From the IMG/VR virus record IMGVR_UViG_3300000233_000009, positions 4,087 to 68,086 of that record: a DNA stretch of 64,000 nt; one strand, 5' to 3'. Below the pieces are notes generated by a model that saw only the letters and a program-made list of their open reading frames with translations, was not told the origin of the DNA and ran no database searches. Position 1 is the first letter of the stretch. The number at the start of each line of letters is the position of its first letter. Source of the stretch: a virus. The position numbers and the translations under genes are program-made. This document shows positions 8,979 to 19,264 of this stretch, in pieces.

Positions 8979-11075
8979 CTAATCGCTGTTTGGCAATTTA
9001 CCCTTACTTTGTTCTATACTCATGCCTTTAAATGCCTCTATGTCCAACTTAGACATTCTGTCATGGTCTTTCTTTTGTATCTCTTCATCTTGGTCTATCC
9101 CAGCGTCTTTACGTAAGAAGTTGAGGTCAGTCATATCCGCATCAGAGTGTGTTGCTCTTGTCTTAGCCTCCTCTAATCCTGCTTTAGCATTCTTGAGTCT
9201 CATATCTACCAGATTCTCATCTGCTCTTGATTGTCTCTCAGCTACTTCAGCCTGTAACTTAGCTAGCTCTAGCTGTTTTACCTGCTCTTGGAATGGATCT
9301 GGTTGTGGAGTAAACTCTTCAATTTTTTTAGCCAACTCTGGCATCTTTCTCAATCTAGCAATTTCAGCTCTAATCATTCTGACTTCTGCAGGATCACTTG
9401 ATTGTGCTGTTGTTTGTAGCATAAAGCTTAACTCTTCTGCTTTTTGGTTATCACTCTCTGCTGTGCTGATAGATAAGTTAAGGTCGTAGTTACCGCTAAG
9501 GTCATCCCGTCTTATTGTTCTAAATTCCTTATTAGTAATCCTGATAACTTCTTCATCATTCAACCATACAGCATTCATTGCTATAGTCTTCCTACCTATC
9601 TTCTCAATACCTTTGGCTAATCTCCTAAGAATACCTAGCTCTCGCTTACTGGCACTGTCTAATGCGCCTCTAGCAGCCGCAGCTGTATTACCTAGTGTTT
9701 GCCCACTAATACCACTACTATAAGCCTTGACACCAGTTAAGGACTCTGCTTCGACATTTTGCATTTGTATCATTGCCATAGCGCTCTGAGGGATCTCAGG
9801 ATAGCTCTGCATATGTATAGCACTCCTAGGGTCAAACCCTTGGTTGAAGAAGAAATGATCTCCATTATCAAACTTTTTCTGATTGACAGGGTCTAAGAAC
9901 CCTTTGCTCATAGCAATCTGACCATTAGCTGATCTACCCATGATATCAATCATTCCTCTATAGATAGCTCCCATGATGTTTTGCTTATCCTCTAGCAGTG
10001 CACCATCAGGCTCACCATACACACTCTTCCTTACAGGCAGATACTGTACAGCTACGAACGGTAACTCTTTATCAGGATACGGGAGTTCTTCCAGTTTGAT
10101 CATCACATTGCTACCAGCCACCCATACAGCCCTAATAGGAGATGTTATCCCTGTATCATTGATATCCCAGTAGCCATAGTACTCATACGCAGTCAGCTTC
10201 TTCCTAGCCTTATCTTTGAACTCAAACCCAGTGTTTTCCTTGTGTATTCTAAGGAAGTCACTATCTCCAACACTAGGGCTGATCTGATCTTTATCTCCAA
10301 ACACATTATCAAGGTTTTTGTATGTGCCATCTTTTTTGAGGTCACTCATACTGGTAGAGAATGGCATAATCAGGAATTCAGCCTTACTTAGATCCCCCTC
10401 GCAAGTAGGGTCGATGACACATCTGTCATACTCACATACCCTGTAGGTTGGACCATTCTTTACTGGTACCATCCTCTTCTCCATCCTCTTACCAAGCACT
10501 ACAGGTTCTCCACTCTCTAACTTAGCTATAGCCTCCTCTTCAGCTACTAAACCCTGTTGTACTTGTTGTATTATGTACATCTGCGCCTGCTCTGGTGTAG
10601 CTTCTATATCTACTTCAACCATGCGTTCAGCTTCTTCGTACTCCCATCCAATTTGCACTATAACAGTGCCTTCATCAACAGCGGTTCGTACGTACTCATT
10701 GACAAAGGCTACCTTATCCATATGAGTGTTCCATTGATAGTTTAACACTATCTGGTTATCTTCAGCGCCATCTCCATCCTCATATGTTCTAGGGCTCACT
10801 TCAAAGATATCCTTAGCACTCAAGAACGGCTCTTCTAGGGCAGAGTATCTCCACTCAGCTTGAGTCCTAATAAGTTTAGGCTGTACCTTACTCCTACCCT
10901 TAGCAGGTTTGATATTCAATTTACCAGCAAGATTATTCAGATAACCTTCTACGGTAATGATGTGATCATAGTGGCTGGCCTCAGCAGAAGTTAAGTCATT
11001 CTCTAGGTCACTAACACTAGGGGGAGTCTTCCAATCTACCAGTTTAGCTACACTCTCATCAATTTCTTTAGTCAT
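8979..11075 (-). CDS. portal protein (N4 gp59 family)
   Basis: 698 aa; GRSKVQPKLIRTQAEWRYSALEEPF, YGEPDGALL, AESLTGVKA, KRELGILRRLA. Confidence 0.93.
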   Translation of the reverse strand: MTKEIDESVAKLVDWKTPPSVSDLENDLTSAEASHYDHIITVEGYLNNLAGKLNIKPAKGRSKVQPKLIRTQAEWRYSALEEPFLSAKDIFEVSPRTYEDGDGAEDNQIVLNYQWNTHMDKVAFVNEYVRTAVDEGTVIVQIGWEYEEAERMVEVDIEATPEQAQMYIIQQVQQGLVAEEEAIAKLESGEPVVLGKRMEKRMVPVKNGPTYRVCEYDRCVIDPTCEGDLSKAEFLIMPFSTSMSDLKKDGTYKNLDNVFGDKDQISPSVGDSDFLRIHKENTGFEFKDKARKKLTAYEYYGYWDINDTGITSPIRAVWVAGSNVMIKLEELPYPDKELPFVAVQYLPVRKSVYGEPDGALLEDKQNIMGAIYRGMIDIMGRSANGQIAMSKGFLDPVNQKKFDNGDHFFFNQGFDPRSAIHMQSYPEIPQSAMAMIQMQNVEAESLTGVKAYSSGISGQTLGNTAAAARGALDSASKRELGILRRLAKGIEKIGRKTIAMNAVWLNDEEVIRITNKEFRTIRRDDLSGNYDLNLSISTAESDNQKAEELSFMLQTTAQSSDPAEVRMIRAEIARLRKMPELAKKIEEFTPQPDPFQEQVKQLELAKLQAEVAERQSRADENLVDMRLKNAKAGLEEAKTRATHSDADMTDLNFLRKDAGIDQDEEIQKKDHDRMSKLDIEAFKGMSIEQSKGKLPNSD

Positions 11076-11104
11076 TACATACCATCCTGATTATTACTAC
11101 TAGC

Positions 11105-11113
11105 ATTATACCA
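11105..11113 (-). promoter_or_regulatory. extended -10 late promoter (TGGTATAAT)
   Basis: perfect TGnTATAAT 30 nt upstream of portal ATG. Confidence 0.55.
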
Positions 11114-11123
11114 CAGTTCTCAA

Positions 11124-11354
11124 CTATTTGCATACCTTATTAGCCTCTTCTAAAAGACTAGCATACTCTTTCATCGACTCATAGTTAGTCAACACCTTGG
11201 TGTAAACACATTCAGCAGTGCTACACCTATTATTACTAATCAATGGCTTATCTATGTTAGGAGTCTTGCATTGACTGAAGTAAATCTCTGTACAACCACT
11301 AAAAACTATAGTGGTCAAGGTTATCAACAATATCTTCACATGTACTATTCTCAT
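11124..11354 (-). CDS. o-spanin (Rz1-like lipoprotein)
   Basis: signal peptide with lipobox VFSGC; overlaps 3' end of i-spanin; lysis cassette. Confidence 0.75.
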   Translation of the reverse strand: MRIVHVKILLITLTTIVFSGCTEIYFSQCKTPNIDKPLISNNRCSTAECVYTKVLTNYESMKEYASLLEEANKVCK

Positions 11355-11625
11355 CTACGGACTCCTTTATATACTTTAATCTATCTTTATGGACTGTATT
11401 AATCCTAACCTCTTGCTTTGAGAACTCAGCCATATTTGTCTTGTACTCACTAAGCGACCTAGCAGACTCTCTCTTACACTCCTCTATGGCACTCTGCTTA
11501 ACCACCAGATCTTTCTTAAGGTTTAAATTTTCTATCTGCATACTCTGCAAGTAAAATAATGACCCTGTTAATAATAGTACCAGGGATAACGAAAACCAAT
11601 TCTTCATAAGCAATCCTATCAACAT
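11299..11625 (-). CDS. i-spanin (Rz-like)
   Basis: N-terminal TM helix then coiled coil; downstream of endolysin. Confidence 0.75.
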   Translation of the reverse strand: MLIGLLMKNWFSLSLVLLLTGSLFYLQSMQIENLNLKKDLVVKQSAIEECKRESARSLSEYKTNMAEFSKQEVRINTVHKDRLKYIKESVDENSTCEDIVDNLDHYSF

Positions 11626-11837
11626 CTATTCCACAGTCTTGTCTGATAGCGAGGATGTTGTTACCATGCGTAAATACCGCCCAATAATACCAATAACTAC
11701 CAAAACGTGCCAAAATATGTTGGTGGGACAACAACTCTAAACTCTTCGACATTTGTCTGAATAAGCCCAATGAGTACTGGCATCCCATTAAACCACTGCG
11801 TTTTTGATTTATGCCAATTTTTGAATATTTTATGCAT
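11626..11837 (-). pseudogene. small two-TM lysis-region membrane protein interrupted by a 1-nt frameshift
   Basis: MHKIFKNWHKSKTQWFNGMPVLIGLIQ...YFGTF continues in another frame as LVVIGIIGRYLRMVTTSSLSDKTVE*; break at T4 run 11702-11705. Confidence 0.6.
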
Positions 11838-12372
11838 TTTTAATCCTTGTTATCCAACCACGTCTAAATCTTTTTTGAGTATTGTCGTTGGCTACAATCC
11901 TATTCACAAACGCCAAACGGCTTGCTTTATAGCGTGTCACAAACCCCTCAGTACCATCGTTAATAGCTTTGATTGTCCTGGCTCCCATAATACCATCCTC
12001 AACTGTCCCAACGATACGTTGTGCATATTTAACCGCACGACTAACACCGCTATTGACTGCAAAATCCATAATGTTATCAGCCGTGAGTTGATCGGCTATT
12101 TCATCACCTAGAATTGTCATCCAAAAATTGACTTTATAGAAATCCTCCACTATAACATCCAGCGACACATCCCCCTGAAGAACTCTATTAAGCTCCTTAG
12201 ATGAGTGCTCTAATTGTTTGTAACTATCAACAATCTCCCACCCATTCCAGCTAGGGTGATAAATACGTGAGATTCCTGCGTATGTCTCACCGCCTCTATC
12301 ATTAGGATTGTTCACATAACTGCCCTCGAACTTTTTTACTTTAGCATATGATTTTTCAAAATTTGCCATCAC
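11830..12372 (-). CDS. endolysin, glycoside hydrolase family 108 with peptidoglycan-binding domain
   Basis: EGSYVNNPNDRGGETYAGIS, DFAVNSG, DGIMGARTI, FRRGWITR. Confidence 0.92.
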   Translation of the reverse strand: MMANFEKSYAKVKKFEGSYVNNPNDRGGETYAGISRIYHPSWNGWEIVDSYKQLEHSSKELNRVLQGDVSLDVIVEDFYKVNFWMTILGDEIADQLTADNIMDFAVNSGVSRAVKYAQRIVGTVEDGIMGARTIKAINDGTEGFVTRYKASRLAFVNRIVANDNTQKRFRRGWITRIKNA

Positions 12373-12686
12373 TTTACTCCTAATTTATCAGTAATCCACT
12401 GCTCAAGAAGCAACAGCCCACGAGTACCCTGATGTGAGGCTATACCAATACACACAACTGTAGCCCACTCATCAAACCCAGCTGACTTACAAATAGAGTA
12501 CGTTATAACCCCGACGAAACCGCTGATGATCATATCATATACCCACTCCCGAAATGTGAATCTCTTTAAAATACCTGTCTGTACTTTTTTAATGGTATGT
12601 ACTGTCCCTCCCCATATAGACAGTATGAATACCCAAGTAGCCGCAAAGTATTGTTCCCATCCATTAGGCACGTTATTTATAGGCAT
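12369..12686 (-). CDS. holin
   Basis: 105 aa, three hydrophobic helices, SIWGGTV...SGFVG...GIASHQG; directly upstream of endolysin. Confidence 0.8.
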   Translation of the reverse strand: MPINNVPNGWEQYFAATWVFILSIWGGTVHTIKKVQTGILKRFTFREWVYDMIISGFVGVITYSICKSAGFDEWATVVCIGIASHQGTRGLLLLEQWITDKLGVK

Positions 12687-12752
12687 AAACTCTCCTTTTC
12701 ACACTTCATCACTTAATCTCCTTAATAGCCATTACAGCAAACATTACTTTTT

Positions 12753-13022
12753 TCATATTACCGCCTTTATTAATATACAAGCTATAACAGTTCCAACTAA
12801 ACTACCTATTGTATCAGCATATATACCGCCAATATCTTCAGTACCTCTGCCAGTACTATCTATAAGCTCTTTTAAGATACCTACATTCAACGATACTGAA
12901 TACCCCGCTAATGATGCAGTTAGTACATCTAACATGTATGTATGCACTAGTATTGTGACTACAGCAGACATTACTGCTGAACCAACTAGATGTTGTATTT
13001 TGTCTTTAGGTAGCTTTATTTT
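12753..13022 (-). CDS. YfiM/VanZ-like small membrane protein, start codon apparently lost
   Basis: frame KIKLPKDKIQHLVGS...GILKELIDSTGRG...ADTIG; DKxxH motif lies upstream of first ATG (12971). Confidence 0.5.
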   Translation of the reverse strand, partial: KIKLPKDKIQHLVGSAVMSAVVTILVHTYMLDVLTASLAGYSVSLNVGILKELIDSTGRGTEDIGGIYADTIGSLVGTVIACILIKAVI

Positions 13023-15023
13023 TTAACTACTTAAAGTTAGTCTTAATCCATCGAATAAAAAATGAGATGTTGCATCTGTAATAAGGCTTATGTTAAACCT
13101 TGTTAAATCAATATCACACGGAATAAAAATTTCATATAACGTCCACGATGTATCTGTTATAACAATGTTGTTCGTGTAGTCTGCAATAGCTCCTGAATAT
13201 CTAAAATCAAAAAATACGCTGCTACCTGCCCCAACAATATTTTTTGCGTAAAATTGAACTTTAATTACTTTATCTTTTAGTATGTTCAAAAATAAAATTT
13301 CAAGTTCTGAGTTTGTAGCACCTGCAATCGTGCCATTTACACTAATACAGTTAGTTCCATATAATTGTAAAGTATTACTGCGGGCTACATTATTAATATA
13401 TTGATTCCAATTATACATTTTTCCATCACCGAGGGCAATCGCTTCGTCAATAGCTTTTTTAAAATTAAAAGGTTCAATAGTATTTCCTATTAATTCAATT
13501 CCAGTACATCTATAACCTGCCCCTGACCCTGAAAGGAATGAATATTTTTTTTCTTTGAAAGTTCCTGAAATCCTATTTGTTCCGATTGTTGCTTTTGATG
13601 TTCCGCCTAACTTAGTGTTATGGTTTGTCTGTATATTATTAATTACATACCCTGACCTTGTGTACCCATCACTTTTCGCTGTATTGTTTGATACTAGAGT
13701 AGCTTTAGATACATTAAAAGAACAGTCATTCACTCTAGCTGAGTCATACGCTTTTCCAGCAGCTATTCCTGTACAATTTGTAACTTCACAGATTCCAACC
13801 ACCGAATTTATTGCAATATTTGAAGCGATAGAATCATCGCATAAAACTCCATTTATTTTTATATTTGTTGACATATCTGATTCTACAACTAAAGAAGGAT
13901 TTAAAATCCAGCCTAAAACGGAATCGTAGTGATAGTCTGCTCCGACTACTACGTTTGCATCTCCTGTTCCCTTTAATAACCCGCCATCTATATTAATATT
14001 AGCACAACCACTATTTACTTGTATTGATTCTAATGCATCTGAATAATATACATCTAGGCTTCCAGTCCCATTCACTACAGTATCTGTAATTGTTATGGTA
14101 TATGCTCCTCCAATGTTTGTATATGTAAATGGTACTGACCTATTCCCACTATTATCTGTAATAATAACACCAAGTCTGGAGTATGCTTTTGGCAAAGTGA
14201 CACTATACACTGCTTGTAAGTGTATGGCTGTTACGATAGTAAGACCTAATATATTTTTTACAGTAGCATTATTAATGCCAATGTTTGTTGACAACAAAGT
14301 CTGGATACCGAATCCCGTATGGTCTTTTAATATAGGGCTATTTACATTACAGTTTAAACAACTTTCCAAAGAAATACACGTTGACGATTGTGTACCCTCC
14401 ATGATTGGGGAGTCCACTATAGTGTGTTCACAAGCTGTTAAATAAAGGGCATTTCCGAATGAACCAGTAAATAATGGCCCACTTACATGAGAGAAATTAG
14501 ACCCATTTAACATAATGCCTTGCATTGTAGTAGCTCCTACAATTTTATCTATTTTAATGGATAAATAGCTTCCCGTAAATTTTAATCTGCCTACATCTAA
14601 AACTGATATTTGCTTTGCAGTTATGGTAAGATTAGATTGTGAAATTACTGTATCGCTTCTTATTGTAATCCCATCAATATTTATATTACTAATCCCAGCC
14701 AATACCATTGTATTAATAATATAACCTTCATCAGTTCCATCACCTTTAGCACCAAACCACTTTACATTAACAGCTCCTGAGTAAATACGTTTCCACTTAC
14801 CAAATACAGTACCTTGGTTATCAGTAGCAGTAGTATCATATACAAATGTACCACCTCTATCTAAATCAGTCAATACAGCAGTATCTCCATCAATACCAGT
14901 AGCAGTAGTTAAATCAGATACAGTCTTGAAGTATCTTACACTCATATTACTGTTGCTTGTATCACCATTCTCTATTGTTAGAGTTTTACCATTTGTGTTA
15001 AGTAGTTTAATTTTACTGCTCAT
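13023..15023 (-). CDS. tailspike / receptor-binding protein (beta-helix, putative depolymerase)
   Basis: VNVKWFGAKGDG motif followed by Asn/Ile/Gly-rich beta-helix repeats and a CBM-like C-terminus. Confidence 0.8.
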   Translation of the reverse strand: MSSKIKLLNTNGKTLTIENGDTSNSNMSVRYFKTVSDLTTATGIDGDTAVLTDLDRGGTFVYDTTATDNQGTVFGKWKRIYSGAVNVKWFGAKGDGTDEGYIINTMVLAGISNINIDGITIRSDTVISQSNLTITAKQISVLDVGRLKFTGSYLSIKIDKIVGATTMQGIMLNGSNFSHVSGPLFTGSFGNALYLTACEHTIVDSPIMEGTQSSTCISLESCLNCNVNSPILKDHTGFGIQTLLSTNIGINNATVKNILGLTIVTAIHLQAVYSVTLPKAYSRLGVIITDNSGNRSVPFTYTNIGGAYTITITDTVVNGTGSLDVYYSDALESIQVNSGCANINIDGGLLKGTGDANVVVGADYHYDSVLGWILNPSLVVESDMSTNIKINGVLCDDSIASNIAINSVVGICEVTNCTGIAAGKAYDSARVNDCSFNVSKATLVSNNTAKSDGYTRSGYVINNIQTNHNTKLGGTSKATIGTNRISGTFKEKKYSFLSGSGAGYRCTGIELIGNTIEPFNFKKAIDEAIALGDGKMYNWNQYINNVARSNTLQLYGTNCISVNGTIAGATNSELEILFLNILKDKVIKVQFYAKNIVGAGSSVFFDFRYSGAIADYTNNIVITDTSWTLYEIFIPCDIDLTRFNISLITDATSHFLFDGLRLTLSS

Positions 15024-15205
15024 CCTATTCTCCAGTTTGTTCCATCTGAGTACACAGGCACTTTATTGGCGCCATTACCTACCACTATCGTTCCAAACGT
15101 AGTAGCTGTTGCGTCTGATACAAACGCTCTCATTCCTTCTGATCCTATTGGCAATGCAGCTACTGTTATAGCTACATAAGTTATAGTTGTATTTTCTATC
15201 TTCAT
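15020..15205 (-). CDS. 61-aa stand-alone tail-fibre C-terminal module
   Basis: TVAALP...RAFVSDA...VVGNGANKVPVYSDGTNWRIG; overlaps both neighbours. Confidence 0.6.
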   Translation of the reverse strand: MKIENTTITYVAITVAALPIGSEGMRAFVSDATATTFGTIVVGNGANKVPVYSDGTNWRIG

Positions 15206-16119
15206 TACAATACCTTATATACAGAGTTATTTGGAATAGTTAGACTACCGCCTGACTCAATAGTTAAAGAGTCTATAGAGTACCCATTTGATCCAGGTGC
15301 TAGGATTAGTTCTTCAGCTGAAACATACCCTAGATACCCTAGAGATTTAATAGGAGCTTTACCTAAGTATTGTCCTCCTCCTCCACCTACAGCACCACTA
15401 AGTACTAGCACAGAATTAAACCTTTGGACAACTAAACTTCCGTTACCTGTATCTAGTTTAGCTCTAACCTTTACAAATATACTACCATCAAATGGTACAG
15501 TAGATATTGACATAAGTGTATTCACTTGAATAGGTATGATATCGTTATTAGCCCCATTTATAGTACCTATAGCAGTTGCATACACAGTAGTAGGAGTATT
15601 CTTATCATACACCTCAAACGTCACTACTCTAGTACCTGTAGTATTTAACTTCAGTGTAATAGTAGAGAAGAAGTTAAATACACCATTAGTCTTAATCTCT
15701 ATCTCATCTTCAAGTATATCTAGCAATAGTATATTGCTTGTATTAATCACTGGGGTAAATGTGAGATTCTGCATCACCGTAGTGAGGCTTAGATCTGTGC
15801 CATCATCCACCAGGGAACCACTTACACTAGCTAGGTTACTTATGGCTTCTACTTGTGAGTCATACATAGACTGGATCTTATTAGAGCTATACGTCTTCAC
15901 TAGGCTAGGTGTTACATCATCTATGATAGGGAGTGCATTAGCCACCTCTGTAATATCAGCTACCATATTGGAAACTGTTGCAATATCAGCAATATTTGTA
16001 GCAGCAATAACAACACTCCCTATATTACCAGCTACTATCTTTACATTGTCATATGCAGTATTATCAAGTTGACGATCAACTTCTAATGCAGGTGTTCTTG
16101 AGCTGGGAACTCTTCTCAT
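15205..16119 (-). CDS. tail fibre / appendage protein
   Basis: N-terminal DNVKIVAGNI...IATVS repeats, C-terminal LTIESGGSLTIPNNSVYKVL; between gp67 and tailspike. Confidence 0.6.
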   Translation of the reverse strand: MRRVPSSRTPALEVDRQLDNTAYDNVKIVAGNIGSVVIAATNIADIATVSNMVADITEVANALPIIDDVTPSLVKTYSSNKIQSMYDSQVEAISNLASVSGSLVDDGTDLSLTTVMQNLTFTPVINTSNILLLDILEDEIEIKTNGVFNFFSTITLKLNTTGTRVVTFEVYDKNTPTTVYATAIGTINGANNDIIPIQVNTLMSISTVPFDGSIFVKVRAKLDTGNGSLVVQRFNSVLVLSGAVGGGGGQYLGKAPIKSLGYLGYVSAEELILAPGSNGYSIDSLTIESGGSLTIPNNSVYKVL

Positions 16120-16757
16120 ACAAATCCTTTATCTTCTAATTTAGTACCACTTACTATTCTATCATCAGTAGGTACGACACCTAATTCTAGCATACTAGCA
16201 CAGCTAGCTTCGAACCTATTATAATGCGTGTTGTTTCCAGCATCTACATTCCCATTCATAGCAGCATGTCCTCTATAGCCTATGTAGTGTAATAACGCCT
16301 CTAGCATTGCTGGAGGTACTCCTACAACTATAGTATTTAAATTTTCTGCCCATACCAGCTTATCAGGAGATGCATTATAAATCACATATATTGCTTCCCC
16401 TGGTACTGCATTTGCTATCTGTAAGATATTATAACTAGGTGTCATAATAGAGTCATTATCCTCCTCATCATTAATAGGGAAGTAATCACCTTTTTCATCA
16501 TAGACCATATATACACTATTAAAGTTAGCAGATGTAATTGTGTATAAAGTTTGATCTTCTGCCATAATTAGTACTTCTTCATCTGTCTTTAGGTTAAATC
16601 TCTTATATAGCTCTATAAGACCTAGGTTTATATAGCTTATAAGTTTCTTTTCAGCATCTATCACCTCAGACGCTACGCTACTGTTTAATTGCTTGATCAC
16701 ATTGAGTTGCGCCAATTCCCCATACTTAGCGTATTCAATGATATCCATAACTGTCAT
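16116..16757 (-). CDS. N4 gp67-like virion adaptor protein
   Basis: YGELAQL, INLGLIELYKRF, EALLHYIGYR, C-terminal EDKGFV. Confidence 0.8.
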   Translation of the reverse strand: MTVMDIIEYAKYGELAQLNVIKQLNSSVASEVIDAEKKLISYINLGLIELYKRFNLKTDEEVLIMAEDQTLYTITSANFNSVYMVYDEKGDYFPINDEEDNDSIMTPSYNILQIANAVPGEAIYVIYNASPDKLVWAENLNTIVVGVPPAMLEALLHYIGYRGHAAMNGNVDAGNNTHYNRFEASCASMLELGVVPTDDRIVSGTKLEDKGFV

Positions 16758-16785
16758 ATAGGCTCCTTATATTGTTTCTCCACCA

Positions 16786-18558
16786 TTATACTATATAAGA
16801 GTTTAAATTACTAACATAATCATCAATTTTATGAATATTCCACATAGAATCTTTGTATTCCTTCTCTTCATCTGCAATACCAACACGCCCGCTTGGGGCA
16901 AATATGTTGAGCATTCCCATCATGGTTAGAAGGTCACAGCCATCATCGTGCCCTCCAAATCCTGCGTATGTTGTATACTGTAGTTCATTGAGTAGCTCCT
17001 GCATATCTGCACTTTCTCGAATATCCTTAGCGAACCATACTCTACCATTCTGGAATGCAGGGACAACAACACCCTTGAATCTGTCAAATTTCTTTACTCC
17101 TCCACTAGCCACCCCTTCTCTATCCGTGCCCTTTTGCTTGCCTACGGTAAAGTACTCATTCCTTTTAGCCATCAGTTGTTTTATCGCAAAGATGTGAATC
17201 TTTTGTTGCCCATCTATTTCTACCCCTGCTTCTATATTGCCTGTGTACTTCTTATACTTGTTAACCATTCTAAACAGCTCCATATACTGTTCAGCCAATT
17301 CAAGTTTCTTCAGGCTTAGGTCAATTAACATCCATTGCTCTTCACTATTAACAGCCCATACTGCTATACCACTAAAGTCACTGCCTTTCTTGCCTGTGGT
17401 GGTAAAGTCCGTAGTAATGTACCAGTTATACTCACTACCCCGCTTAAGTACATCATTCCTATCAAACCAGTTGAAGTAACTTTCACTAATCAACCGATCT
17501 TCTTCACTACTAATCCTAAGCATTAACTCTTGCATAAAGGTTCTGACTTTGTTCTCTTTAATAGCAGCTCTATACTTCTTCATAACATTCTTGTAACTAT
17601 GCCTACTTTCCCAAACCCCTTGAAACTCCTCTTGAACCATATCAACATTGATACTCTTACAAATAGGAAACACAACAGGGACCCACGCGCCGCTTTCAAT
17701 CCTATTGTATACGGGGTCTTTCCTATTATACGGGGTACCAATGATGATAGCAAAGCTACCTGCACCATGTAAAGCCTGCATGACATCACTATCAATAGTA
17801 GACTCTATACTGCCTAACATACTCTCAGAGTTAGCGTCACTTTCACTAGACACTAAGTCATCAAACACAGCAAACTGTGGTCTTTGCAGCCCACTCCTAG
17901 TTCCCCTAGTACCTGTATTTGCACCAACCCCTTTAATAGCAAACTTTCTCTTACTCCTGCCAGGAACTTGCTCTTTCTTCTTACCACTGTCTATAATCCT
18001 TTTATACATAGCTACTTCCTTAGGACTTCTAGGATGCCTTACTAGCTCCATCACTTCATCAGTAAACCTGTACGACTCGAATTGACTCACCAACCACTCA
18101 CTCTCTAGGAATACACTCTCTAATGTGTTCATCGTAGTCTTCACGTTATTACGCATACTATCCCCAACATATAGCCCGTAGTTGACAGGCCCATACCCTG
18201 GGATCTCACCCTTCCAACCAATAAACAAAGGCAAATATGTCCCTATGAGGATGCTCTTAGCAAATTCTCTAGTACACATCACAGCTGTCTTGCCCTTGAG
18301 CCCTTGGTAATCAACGCCTCTAACCTTATAATAATCCTCAACGCTATCCTGTTGAAATATAGTGTCAATCAGAAAGTAGTGTGCGAGTGGATTGCTATTC
18401 TCTGGCTCTTCGCCTAACGTTAATCGAATGAAACTAAAGAACTCAAAGGCAACTGCGCTAGGGATGTACCCATTGAATGCAAGATCAACATTGTCCAACA
18501 AATCATCTGCCGTTAAAGGTAGACCTGCTTCTATTCTATCTAGTGCTTTCTTAGTCAT
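16786..18558 (-). CDS. terL: terminase large subunit (N4 gp68 family)
   Basis: CTREFAKS Walker A variant, RPQFAVFDDL Walker B, IIGTP, TTDFTT nuclease, HDDGCD. Confidence 0.93.
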   Translation of the reverse strand: MTKKALDRIEAGLPLTADDLLDNVDLAFNGYIPSAVAFEFFSFIRLTLGEEPENSNPLAHYFLIDTIFQQDSVEDYYKVRGVDYQGLKGKTAVMCTREFAKSILIGTYLPLFIGWKGEIPGYGPVNYGLYVGDSMRNNVKTTMNTLESVFLESEWLVSQFESYRFTDEVMELVRHPRSPKEVAMYKRIIDSGKKKEQVPGRSKRKFAIKGVGANTGTRGTRSGLQRPQFAVFDDLVSSESDANSESMLGSIESTIDSDVMQALHGAGSFAIIIGTPYNRKDPVYNRIESGAWVPVVFPICKSINVDMVQEEFQGVWESRHSYKNVMKKYRAAIKENKVRTFMQELMLRISSEEDRLISESYFNWFDRNDVLKRGSEYNWYITTDFTTTGKKGSDFSGIAVWAVNSEEQWMLIDLSLKKLELAEQYMELFRMVNKYKKYTGNIEAGVEIDGQQKIHIFAIKQLMAKRNEYFTVGKQKGTDREGVASGGVKKFDRFKGVVVPAFQNGRVWFAKDIRESADMQELLNELQYTTYAGFGGHDDGCDLLTMMGMLNIFAPSGRVGIADEEKEYKDSMWNIHKIDDYVSNLNSYIV

Positions 18559-18559
18559 G

Positions 18560-19264
18560 TTACTCTTCCACTCTTACATCAACAATGTCTTCTCTAGTAA
18601 CATTAATGTTCAACTTCTGTATATCTACAATATCTAACCCCGCAGCAAGCATCTCTCTCTGCTGCATAGCGATTCTGCCAATGTGCTCTACAAGTCTAGC
18701 CTGCTGACTCTTACTCTCTTCATCTAACCCTACTTTAAGAGTGACAGTACTATCCTCGCTAGGCTTGAGCTCCCTAATAAGAGTCTCAGCTGCTTTCTGA
18801 CGAACAGCAGGACTGACAGTAGGGTCCTCCATCATATTAGCGGTAACTAAGATAGCCTTATGGAGCAGTCTCTTATGAATTAGTTGCACAGGAGGCAAAG
18901 CAACCTTACGAATCTCATTCACTAATTGACTAGCATTATATCTACTAGCCTCACCACCCATGTCACTCTTAGTCCCACCATTACGTAGTCTATTAGCCAG
19001 CCTATCTGGGAAGACTTTAACATACGCATCTAAGAAACTATGGTCTTGCTCAACTAGCGTGAAGAACTTCATTGCACTTAGGTACTTAGGAGTACTCCAT
19101 AGACTATTCTTTTCTAGGATATTAAAGTAGTTTATGTATTGCTCTAAGAACATCTCTCCATACTCAGGATCTTCTACCAGCTTGTTGAGTTCATCAACGC
19201 CGCTTTGGGTAATTAACTTGCCCTTCTTACCTAATTGATTCTGTAGTAATTCTAACTCAATCAT
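18560..19264 (-). CDS. N4 gp69-like protein (putative terminase small subunit)
   Basis: KYLSAMKF, AYVKVFPDR, SRYNASQLV, VSPAVRQKAAETL; directly upstream of terL. Confidence 0.75.
   Translation of the reverse strand: MIELELLQNQLGKKGKLITQSGVDELNKLVEDPEYGEMFLEQYINYFNILEKNSLWSTPKYLSAMKFFTLVEQDHSFLDAYVKVFPDRLANRLRNGGTKSDMGGEASRYNASQLVNEIRKVALPPVQLIHKRLLHKAILVTANMMEDPTVSPAVRQKAAETLIRELKPSEDSTVTLKVGLDEESKSQQARLVEHIGRIAMQQREMLAAGLDIVDIQKLNINVTREDIVDVRVEE

Noticed and set aside
687-18637. Plus-strand ORFs within the structural block, and similar antisense ORFs elsewhere
   Set aside because: Antisense to well-supported genes, with no RBS or motifs
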